A DNA stretch of 63,314 nt from a virus. The stretch covers positions 1 through 63,314 of IMG/VR virus record IMGVR_UViG_3300029536_000008. One strand, 5' to 3'. A model generated the notes under the pieces. It was not told where the DNA came from and did not search any database. It saw nothing but the letters and a program-made list of their open reading frames with translations. Numbering within the stretch: the first letter of the stretch is position 1; each line of letters opens with the position of its first letter. A program made the translations under genes and the position numbers. This document shows, in pieces, positions 46,119-53,452 of this stretch.

Positions 46119-46592
46119 ATGAGTAAATATATAGCTTATACAGACGGTGGATGTCAGAACACTTCGGTTTATGGCGAAGGTGGTTCTGCATACCTAATAA
46201 TCCATAACGGAGAAGTGATAAAAACCGCTTCTAAGGGATTTCTTAATACGACTAACAATCGTATGGAGATGCTTGCTATCCTAAGTGCCGTATTTTCCGT
46301 TCTGGATGGTTCTGATTTGGTCGTTTTTTCGGACAGCCAATATGCTATCAATGTTTTTTCAGGAGCATGGAAGGCTACTAAAAACAGAGACCTAATCATA
46401 AAATACACAGAACGAATCAAAAGCCTTAGCTCCGTGTCCTTCCGTTGGGTCAAAGGTCACAACGGAGACAGATACAACGAAATGGTTGATTCCATGTGTA
46501 CTAACTCCATCAAAGAGATAGTCAGTATGCACAGCTTACCAAAAGACCGTTTCAAGAAAAAGAAAATACAGCTATCCATCGAATTTGAATAA
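46119..46592 (+). CDS. rnhA: Ribonuclease HI
   Basis: AYTDGGC...NNRMEMLAIL...VFSDSQYAINV...WVKGHNGDRYNEMVDSM (DEDD catalytic pattern). Confidence 0.85.
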   Translation: MSKYIAYTDGGCQNTSVYGEGGSAYLIIHNGEVIKTASKGFLNTTNNRMEMLAILSAVFSVLDGSDLVVFSDSQYAINVFSGAWKATKNRDLIIKYTERIKSLSSVSFRWVKGHNGDRYNEMVDSMCTNSIKEIVSMHSLPKDRFKKKKIQLSIEFE

Positions 46593-46625
46593 TAACCGAT
46601 TGTACAATAAATCAAAGAACGAATT

Positions 46626-46925
46626 ATGAATTACAAAGACTTTAAAGACCCCTTAAATATTGAGGTGGCAAAGAGAATAAGACATGCAGCGGAAAAGCAT
46701 TATCTGCAATGGTCAGCAAGTTTTCCAAATGGTTTAGGAGACAGTCTCAAGTTTCTTAAATCCCTTTCCTCTCAAATCGCACAAGGAGAAATAACCTTTT
46801 CGGAAGAATATAAAGATACTCCATCTGCTTTAAAGGCTAATATGTCAATGTACGCATCTGAACTAATGAGAATTGCCTCACTTTTTGAGTTTCTCCTTAT
46901 TGAGACGGGAGAGAATGACGAATAA
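46626..46925 (+). CDS. Hypothetical helical protein
   Basis: 99-aa ORF. Confidence 0.5.
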   Translation: MNYKDFKDPLNIEVAKRIRHAAEKHYLQWSASFPNGLGDSLKFLKSLSSQIAQGEITFSEEYKDTPSALKANMSMYASELMRIASLFEFLLIETGENDE

Positions 46926-47388
46926 TATCCAATATCTTCCCTATGTTAGAAGTTAAATCGGATATATTGTTTATCCCACTTATCACACTATTTATCTTGC
47001 TGATTGTAGTTTGGGACAGTTCTTTTTGAACTTTTTCAAGCTGCAATTGCAAGTTTTGAAGCCCAGTCATATAAGCATCCCTTTCTATGCAATATCCACC
47101 TCTTTCTTTTTTAGATTGTATTCCATCGAGAAGTCTAAATTTAAATCCATAATTACCACTTTTACTTCCATACCTTTCTATTAATTCGTCTTTAATAAAT
47201 CCTCTTATTATAGCCTCATATTGTCCGCTACTGATATTAACCGAGTTCTTAATCATCTTATAATCAAGATATACAATTCCGTCTTCTCTGACGTTTTTAA
47301 GCATCAAATCAATCACAGCATCCTTATCTTCTGATGTAATGAACATAGGATACTCCTCCTTTTTTGGTATTGTTCTAAATTCAATCAT
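46897..47388 (-). CDS. Hypothetical protein encoded antisense to the early operon (AT-rich)
   Basis: 163-aa ORF. The only - strand gene in the 45-63 kb arm. Confidence 0.45.
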   Translation of the reverse strand: MIEFRTIPKKEEYPMFITSEDKDAVIDLMLKNVREDGIVYLDYKMIKNSVNISSGQYEAIIRGFIKDELIERYGSKSGNYGFKFRLLDGIQSKKERGGYCIERDAYMTGLQNLQLQLEKVQKELSQTTISKINSVISGINNISDLTSNIGKILDIIRHSLPSQ

Positions 47389-47465
47389 ATCTATTTAATA
47401 ATCAACCAACTACGAAAAACGTGTTTTATAACATATAAAATACTAACTAAAAAAGAAAGTATTTC

Positions 47466-47498
47466 TTTGTGCTTTCTAAAATAGATAGTATCTTTGCA
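47466..47498 (+). promoter_or_regulatory. Bacteroides-type promoter: TTTG (47466-47469), 19-nt spacer, TATCTTTG (47489-47496)
   Basis: Contains the same 17-mer tagatagtatctttgca as 45040-45056. Followed by the short hairpin gttgtt-aatc-aacaac and a T-run. Confidence 0.55.
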
Positions 47499-47568
47499 CT
47501 GTTGTTAATCAACAACGTTATTTTTTAAAGTAAATACAAAGATAAGAAAATAAATAAAGAAAGCAAAT

Positions 47569-47880
47569 ATGAAGTACGATTTATCAGACATAATGAAAAA
47601 GGCTCACAACTTCTACAAGACCGGAAAATATACCTGGTCTGAAAGTTTGAAGAAGTCTTGGAAGATGGCAAAGTTTGCTGTTCGTACAAGAGAGGATATA
47701 GCCAATATGGTAGACTATAAGGCTGCTGATGATAAAGCGTTCGCTGATAGACTGAGAAAAGAAAACGAAGGTTACAAGCCGGCAAAAAGAAGCGCCTATG
47801 ATAATTTCAACGCTCCGGCTTCCGTCTATTACACTTCTAACAACAGAGGTCGTTTTGGCTCTTGCTTCGTGGGTGATTAA
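47569..47880 (+). CDS. Hypothetical protein
   Basis: 103-aa ORF. Confidence 0.5.
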   Translation: MKYDLSDIMKKAHNFYKTGKYTWSESLKKSWKMAKFAVRTREDIANMVDYKAADDKAFADRLRKENEGYKPAKRSAYDNFNAPASVYYTSNNRGRFGSCFVGD

Positions 47881-47898
47881 TACAATTGACATATAAAT

Positions 47899-48105
47899 AT
47901 GAATGACATCAAGACAATAGCAGTAAAGAAAATATCTCCATCCGACACATTAAAAAGTATAAAAGTCGGTGATACAGTGATTATAAAGGACAAGCATATA
48001 AAATCTAATGTAGCTCGCTCTACCATGTCAAGATTGGCTAAAAAGGGCTATGGTTTTTATTCAACAAGCTGTCCTGAAGGTTTAATAGTAAAAAGACTTA
48101 AATAA
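47899..48105 (+). CDS. Hypothetical protein
   Basis: 68-aa ORF. Confidence 0.45.
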   Translation: MNDIKTIAVKKISPSDTLKSIKVGDTVIIKDKHIKSNVARSTMSRLAKKGYGFYSTSCPEGLIVKRLK

Positions 48106-48112
48106 TTTCCTT

Positions 48113-48346
48113 ATGAATATCAACAGAATATCCAAACAGATAGCCGTGTTTGCAATAGGATTTACAGGATTCTTATTCCTTCTCGGAGTTGTCGGCAAAT
48201 CAGATTATAATCAGGAAGTCATATACAACATGACGGAAACGGCTTACAATGTTATTGTAGATTCTCTCGGCGAAGGTTGTAGCGATACTCAAATCGTAAA
48301 GACTTATTTAAATAACAAAGAATATTACGACAGTTTAAGTTGGTAG
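48113..48346 (+). CDS. Small membrane protein
   Basis: TM segment IAVFAIGFTGFLFLLGVVG. Confidence 0.45.
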   Translation: MNINRISKQIAVFAIGFTGFLFLLGVVGKSDYNQEVIYNMTETAYNVIVDSLGEGCSDTQIVKTYLNNKEYYDSLSW

Positions 48347-48349
48347 GTT

Positions 48350-48562
48350 ATGGGAAGAACGAAATCTGTAGGAAAGGTAGAGCCGGTCAACAAACTATGG
48401 CTTTCCGCTAAGGAAGCAATGGCATACTTAGGATGCAGTGATAAACTGTTGGAAAAACTAAGGAACAATGCCGAAATATCATTTTCCCAATATAACAAAC
48501 GTACCATTTGGTACGACTTGAAAAGCATTGAAAGGTTCATAGAAAGAAACCGCGTTGTGTGA
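48350..48562 (+). CDS. Excisionase-like HTH protein (HTH_17/MerR-like)
   Basis: KLWLSAKEAMAYLGCSDKLLEKLRNNAEISFSQYNKRTIWYDLKSIERFI. Confidence 0.6.
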   Translation: MGRTKSVGKVEPVNKLWLSAKEAMAYLGCSDKLLEKLRNNAEISFSQYNKRTIWYDLKSIERFIERNRVV

Positions 48563-48572
48563 ACAACGCTCC

Positions 48573-48682
48573 TTCCTCTTAGCTCAGCCAGGCAGAGCAT
48601 CGCTATGGTTACTTGTTCGAAGGTTTAGTATCCGGTAATTTCCGGTTAGCGAAGGTCGCACGTTCGAGTCGTGCAGAGGGAG
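48573..48682 (+). tRNA. tRNA gene with 43 nt in place of the 7-nt anticodon loop (a 36-nt excess)
   Basis: Acceptor ttcctct/agaggga. D arm gctc-agccaggca-gagc. Anticodon stem tcgct (48600-48604) / agcga (48648-48652) enclosing 43 nt. Variable loop aggtc. T arm gcacg-ttcgagt-cgtgc. Confidence 0.6.
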
Positions 48683-48684
48683 CA

Positions 48685-49072
48685 TTATAGGCGAAACCGA
48701 TGAGCCAAACATTCGGGATGGGAGACTTAACCCTCAAAAATGAAGTCGTGTTCAGGGCACGTAAAATTAGCCTGCGCTGATAAGCAGTATATCTATATAT
48801 ACACATAGCTGAGGCGATGTATAGCGTGCAAGCAACCGATTGCGAAGACTGTTCATTGAGAGGTGAATACGAGCATAAGGCAGCAGCGTGATTAAGTTAA
48901 TGAACATACTACAATAGTAGTCTATGTATCAGCGCGGAAAATCGTCCGTTGACCGTTAAAGTATGATGTTTGGGCGTCATTATCGCTGGTACTATTATAT
49001 ACTCCCTTCCCGTCAAATTCGGGCACGCTGAAAGCTAAACACGTATTGTTGCGTTGAAGGGAGCAATGCTTA
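48685..49072 (+). ncRNA. ~390-nt ORF-free region with nested long-range helices (candidate structured RNA / leader)
   Basis: gcgctgata (~48771-48785) pairs with tatcagcgc (~48927-48940). Nested gttcatt / aatgaac. ctcccttc (~49003) pairs with gaagggag (~49047), overlapping the GGAG before ATG 49073. Confidence 0.35.
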
Positions 49073-49399
49073 ATGAATAATGATATGAGAAAGGTAAAAA
49101 CATTTACGGATTTGGTATTTAATCCACATGCTCTTAGCAAGGAGGCACGTTATCTTCCTTCTCCGCTTCGTGAGGAATACATGGAGGCAAAACACGCTGT
49201 AATGCGGTTTGATAATGGCTATGGAATAAGTGTTGTAAAAGGAGATATGTTCTATTCTAACGGTATAGATACTTATGAGGTTGCTGTCCTTAAAGATGGT
49301 GCTATTTGTTATGATACCTCAATTACAGATGATGTAATTGGTTATGTAAATGCAGATGAGGTATCTAATATAATGAAACAAATTCAAGAATTAAAATAG
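49073..49399 (+). CDS. Hypothetical protein
   Basis: 108-aa ORF lying between the two tRNA genes. Confidence 0.55.
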   Translation: MNNDMRKVKTFTDLVFNPHALSKEARYLPSPLREEYMEAKHAVMRFDNGYGISVVKGDMFYSNGIDTYEVAVLKDGAICYDTSITDDVIGYVNADEVSNIMKQIQELK

Positions 49400-49543
49400 A
49401 GAATTCCCGTGGCTCTCAATAGATGCTTGAGAGTAGTAAGGCAACCATCGGAACGCTCACGGGAACAAAAGCCTGTAAGGGTGAATAATTCATGATAGCT
49501 TTTTAATGTAAACAGTCCCGTCCACGTGCTGGTCGGGAAACAC

Positions 49544-49647
49544 TGCGACATGGCGGAATGGTAGACGTAGCACTCTATGATAGGAATGTCAAACCTTAGA
49601 TGTGCGGAGCTTGACAACTCGTCCCGGTTCGAGTCCGGGTGTCGCAA
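49544..49647 (+). tRNA. Type II (Leu-like) tRNA gene with 28 nt between the anticodon-stem halves
   Basis: Acceptor tgcgaca/tgtcgca. D region gcggaatggtagacgt (close to E. coli tRNA-Leu). Stem gcac (49570-49573) / gtgc (49602-49605) enclosing 28 nt. Long variable arm ggagcttgacaactcgt. T arm cccgg-ttcgagt-ccggg. Confidence 0.6.
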
Positions 49648-49740
49648 CATCTTCACTACAGATGAAGTATTTGTTTAGTCGTAGCCGGGCGGTCTGTGAA
49701 GATAGTCCGGTTTTTCTTGAAACCAATTAATAACAATCAT

Positions 49741-50217
49741 ATGAAAACATTACAATTAAGTGAACAAAAAGCCCGTGAACTATATCGGAGCGGTTCAAAA
49801 GAATTAAAAACAGTATTGGAAGAATCTTTTGGAAAGGATTTCTTTTCACAAGACGTTACAGAAAGAGTGAAAACCTACCTTGATGCTTGCCACGAGTTGG
49901 GAAGGGAGCCACTCGATGAGAAAAAGCTATTGGAGTTAGGCTTGACGGAACACGATATTGCTTATCAAAAGCTGGCTATCGTTACGGAAGCTCTAAATGA
50001 AGGTCAGAAACTTAATGTATGCGATGCTAACGTGAAACGCTGGTATCCGTGGTTCAAGCCTAATGGGTCTCCTTCCTCTTTCGCTTTCTACGATTCGTTT
50101 TGCGTTTGTGCGTGTGCGGGTGCGGGTAGCGGGTCTCGCCTTTGTTTGAAAAGCGAAAAGCTTTCCAATTATTGCGGGAAACAATTCATTGATTTGTGGA
50201 AACAATTTATTCTATAA
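49741..50217 (+). CDS. DGR target protein 1 (VR1 at C-terminus)
   Basis: 158 aa from ATG 49741 (the ORF track starts at GTG 49696). Paralogue of 50236-50709. C-terminus ...SPSSFAFYDSFCVCACAGAGSGSRLC. Confidence 0.75.
   Translation: MKTLQLSEQKARELYRSGSKELKTVLEESFGKDFFSQDVTERVKTYLDACHELGREPLDEKKLLELGLTEHDIAYQKLAIVTEALNEGQKLNVCDANVKRWYPWFKPNGSPSSFAFYDSFCVCACAGAGSGSRLCLKSEKLSNYCGKQFIDLWKQFIL
50067..50146 (+). repeat. DGR variable repeat VR1
   Basis: 80-nt alignment to the TR. 14 mismatches, all at TR adenines. Confidence 0.85.
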
Positions 50218-50235
50218 CCCTATAAACTTACAATT

Positions 50236-50709
50236 ATGACTTTAAATGTAGATAAAAAGAACGCTTTAAAGGCTTGGAGAGAAGCGGACAATAAAGGAAA
50301 GCAGATGCTTGAAAATCTATACGGCAAAGAAATATTTGCCAATCAAAACGTAATGGATAGAATCAAAACGTTTGAAGACGCAATGGAAGAAACAGGAAGA
50401 AAAGGTGTCCCTGATTTTTCAGATTTACCCAAAGACATGCGCAGGCATTTCATTGCGTTATATAAAATGGAAGTTATTACGGAAGCTCTGAATGAAGGCT
50501 GGAAAGCAGACTGGGATAACTCGGATGAGAACAAGTATTATCCCTATTTCATTATGTCTCCTTCCTCTTTCGCTTTCTACGATTCGTATTACGTTCTTGC
50601 GTTTGCGGATGCGGGTAGCTGGTCTCGCCTTTGTTATAAAACACGCGGACTTGCGGAATATTCGGCAAAAAAATTTATTGACATTTGGAAAGACATCCAG
50701 ATAGGATAA
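50236..50709 (+). CDS. DGR target protein 2 (VR2 at C-terminus)
   Basis: 157 aa. C-terminus ...SPSSFAFYDSYYVLAFADAGSWSRLC. Confidence 0.75.
   Translation: MTLNVDKKNALKAWREADNKGKQMLENLYGKEIFANQNVMDRIKTFEDAMEETGRKGVPDFSDLPKDMRRHFIALYKMEVITEALNEGWKADWDNSDENKYYPYFIMSPSSFAFYDSYYVLAFADAGSWSRLCYKTRGLAEYSAKKFIDIWKDIQIG
50556..50635 (+). repeat. DGR variable repeat VR2
   Basis: 80-nt alignment to the TR. 11 mismatches, all at TR adenines. Confidence 0.85.
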
Positions 50710-50732
50710 GCATACAAAGGTCGTCTGCCCTT

Positions 50733-50812
50733 GTCTCCTTCCTCTTTCGCTTTCAACGATTCGAATTACGATAATGCGTATGCGAATGCAGGTAGCAGGT
50801 CTCACCTATGTT
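50733..50812 (+). repeat. DGR template repeat (TR)
   Basis: Non-coding copy of the VRs with 17 adenines, mostly in AAC/AAT/TAC/TAT-type codon positions (SPSSFAFNDSNYDNAYANAGSRSHLC). Lies between target 2 and the RT. Confidence 0.85.
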
Positions 50813-50914
50813 GTAAAACTTCAAAGGGCAGAAACCTCACCTCTTGGTGGAAAACAACAATTCAAACGGTGTTGGTAGGTTTAACCCGAAAACTCTTATT
50901 AGAAAACAAAGGCT

Positions 50915-51901
50915 ATGAAACGCTTTGGGAATTTATATCATCGCATCTATGATATAGATAATCTTTATCTTGCTTATTCTAAAGCTAAAAAGGGCAAAGG
51001 AAAAACGTATGGAGTTATTCAGTTTGAGAAAGATTTGGATAACAACATACTTTCCTTGCACAAAGAATTGTCGGAAAGAAGCTATATCACTTCTCAATAC
51101 ACGACTTTCATTATACATGACCCAAAGGAGCGTGAGATATACAGGCTACCATTTCGTGACCGTGTTGTGCATCACGCTATAATGAACATCCTTGAAGATA
51201 TATGGACACCGATTTTCATTTCACACACTTATTCCTGTATCAAAGGAAAAGGCATTCATGGAGTGGTTAAACATTTGAAGAAAGACCTGAAAGATGCTGA
51301 TGGAACAAAATATTGTCTGAAAATGGATATTCGCAAATATTATCCGTCAATAGACCACTCCATACTGAAACGTATCATACGTAAGAAAATAAAAGACATA
51401 AAGGTGCTTGCCCTTCTGGATGGTATTATAGATTCAGCACCGGGTGTTCCTATCGGTAACTATCTTTCCCAATTCTTTGCGAATCTATATCTTTCTTATT
51501 TCGACCATTGGATTAAGGAAGAAAAGCGAATGCCATATTATTACAGATATGCCGATGACATGGTGATACTTTCCAGCAGCAAGAAAGAGTTACACAGTAT
51601 TCTTCTTGAAATCAACTCATATCTTAATGAGAAACTGCACCTGCAATTAAAGGGCAACTATCAGTTTTTTCCGGTAGATAGCAGGGGAATAGATTTCGTG
51701 GGATACGTATTTTTTCATACGCATACATTGATGCGGAAATCCATAAAGAAAAACTTTTGCCGTAAAGTATCTGCATTAAACAAAAAGAATATAACCCCGC
51801 ATGATTACAAAATGGCAATCTGTTCATGGCTGGGTTGGGCGAAGCATTGTAATTCTAAGCACCTTATTAAAAAGATTATTAAGAATGAAAAGATTCAGTG
51901 A
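50915..51901 (+). CDS. DGR reverse transcriptase
   Basis: 328 aa. Contains IYRLPFRDRVVHHAI, KMDIRKYYPSI, PIGNYLSQFFANLYL (DGR-type motif 4) and YYRYADDMVIL (YADD). Confidence 0.9.
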   Translation: MKRFGNLYHRIYDIDNLYLAYSKAKKGKGKTYGVIQFEKDLDNNILSLHKELSERSYITSQYTTFIIHDPKEREIYRLPFRDRVVHHAIMNILEDIWTPIFISHTYSCIKGKGIHGVVKHLKKDLKDADGTKYCLKMDIRKYYPSIDHSILKRIIRKKIKDIKVLALLDGIIDSAPGVPIGNYLSQFFANLYLSYFDHWIKEEKRMPYYYRYADDMVILSSSKKELHSILLEINSYLNEKLHLQLKGNYQFFPVDSRGIDFVGYVFFHTHTLMRKSIKKNFCRKVSALNKKNITPHDYKMAICSWLGWAKHCNSKHLIKKIIKNEKIQ

Positions 51902-52202
51902 ATTAGGAATTGAAATTGATGCAGACCGACATATATTTCCAGTTCCGCAGGTTTCAATAACCGATATTCTTAACTGTGAAATTGAAATACTTGATTTTGA
52001 ATCGGGTGTAAAAACACAGCATGGTTCAGACAGATATGTAGTAAAAATAAAACATGAAGGTACGGAATGCAAGTTCTTTACAAACTCCACTCCTATTAAA
52101 GAAGCCCTAAGCAAGATTTCCAAAAAAGACTTTCCGTTCATTACAACTATCAGAGTGAAGAAGTTGGGAGTTGGGAACAGCAAGATATACTATTTTACTT
52201 AA
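51885..52202 (+). CDS. Hypothetical 105-aa protein overlapping the RT stop (not Avd-like by eye)
   Basis: Internal ATG 51885. MKRFSELGIEIDADRHIFPV...; the sequence looks beta-rich. Confidence 0.5.
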   Translation: MKRFSELGIEIDADRHIFPVPQVSITDILNCEIEILDFESGVKTQHGSDRYVVKIKHEGTECKFFTNSTPIKEALSKISKKDFPFITTIRVKKLGVGNSKIYYFT

Positions 52203-52316
52203 CCAAATTCAGCCGCAGAAAAGGTCAGAGCTATTACCGTACTAAAAGCCGTGAGAGAAGCGAAGTGCGCACCGCTTCCCTTTAACCTTGTACGGGCGGT
52301 TTAAAAACACAATACA

Positions 52317-52502
52317 ATGGAAAATAAAGTGAAACAGTCTTCAAAGAATAAAGAGGAAAACCTCTTGAATGAAGATAGAAAAGCCTCTAATAAAAGGCTG
52401 AAACAATATTCCGCTCGTATTTCATTGGGATATACAGAAAAGAGCTTGGAAGAAGAAAGAACCAACATCTGCCTTAGTCAAGGCTTATCAAGGTATTGTT
52501 GA
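52317..52502 (+). CDS. Small hypothetical protein
   Basis: 61-aa ORF, lysine-rich. Confidence 0.3.
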   Translation: MENKVKQSSKNKEENLLNEDRKASNKRLKQYSARISLGYTEKSLEEERTNICLSQGLSRYC

Positions 52503-52519
52503 ATTTAAAATTATATATT

Positions 52520-53452
52520 ATGCCACTTATTAAAAAAACAAACGAATTGGTAATACCGACTACTATCAAAATGATGGTGTACGGTCAAGCGGGTATGAGA
52601 AAAACAACAACCGCTTTGAGTGCCCCCAAACCTTTATTACTGGACTTCGATAACGGTGTGAAGCGTGTGAACATGTCCCACTTGGATGGAGTTGATATTG
52701 TACAGATAACATCGTGGACGGACGCCCAGCAGGTTCTGCAAGAAGATTTGTCCAGTTATCAGACAATAGTAATAGACACCATCGGCAAGATGATGGATTA
52801 TATCATTTCTTACAAATGCGGCACAAGGCAACCACAGATAAGAGATTGGGGTGGCATTAACCAAGAGTTTAGCGGATTTGTACGTAATTTATCCAATTTG
52901 AACAAAAATATCATCTTCGTTGCCCACCGTGATACACGGAAAGAAGGTGACGATACAGTATTTATTCCGGCTTTGCGTGAGAAGTCCTACAACTCTATTG
53001 TTACCGAACTTGACTTATTGGGCTACATGGAAGCCAAGAACGAGAATGGTAGAGTTAAGTGTACAATCACTTTTGACCCGACCAACAGAAATGACGGAAA
53101 GAACACCTGTAACCTGCCAAGTGTGATGGAAGTTCCCACAAATTTGGATGCCAACGGTAATCCGACTGCAAAGAATGATTTTATCACCACACAAGTGATT
53201 AATCCTTATCTTGCAATGCTGCAAGTAAAGAAAGCCGAGATTGACAAATACAACAAGGTGATAGAGGAAATCAAAGAAAGTATCGAATTTATAACTGATG
53301 CTAAGTCCGCTAATGAGTTCGCCTCTCATATTAATGAGTTTGAACACGTTGGTAGTTCTTTGATGATGGCGAGAAGTTTGTTTGCTGCAAAGGTAAAGGC
53401 CTTGGGACTGATATTCAATAAGGAAACTAAAATCTACTCAGATGCAGCCTAA
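52520..53452 (+). CDS. AAA_24 / Sak4-like recombination ATPase
   Basis: KMMVYGQAGMRKTTTA (Walker A), LLLDFDNG, TIVIDTIGKM (Walker B-like). Confidence 0.7.
   Translation: MPLIKKTNELVIPTTIKMMVYGQAGMRKTTTALSAPKPLLLDFDNGVKRVNMSHLDGVDIVQITSWTDAQQVLQEDLSSYQTIVIDTIGKMMDYIISYKCGTRQPQIRDWGGINQEFSGFVRNLSNLNKNIIFVAHRDTRKEGDDTVFIPALREKSYNSIVTELDLLGYMEAKNENGRVKCTITFDPTNRNDGKNTCNLPSVMEVPTNLDANGNPTAKNDFITTQVINPYLAMLQVKKAEIDKYNKVIEEIKESIEFITDAKSANEFASHINEFEHVGSSLMMARSLFAAKVKALGLIFNKETKIYSDAA

Noticed and set aside
48325-49656. - strand ORFs 48325-48600, 48609-48806, 48922-49140 and 49384-49656
   Set aside because: They overlap the tRNA genes or the structured non-coding region and run against the local transcription direction. 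Their sequences look non-protein-like.
50731-50952. 73-aa + strand ORF in the ORF track (MSPSSFAFNDSNYDNAYANAGSRSHL...)
   Set aside because: It is the DGR template repeat read in the target-gene frame, running on into the RT upstream region. The TR is a non-coding template, not a gene.
50915-51901. Reverse transcriptase as a retron or group II intron RT
   Set aside because: A TR/VR system with adenine-specific mismatches lies directly upstream, and the DGR-type IGNYLSQ motif is present. There is no maturase/En domain, no intron RNA domains, and no msr/msd-like inverted repeats.
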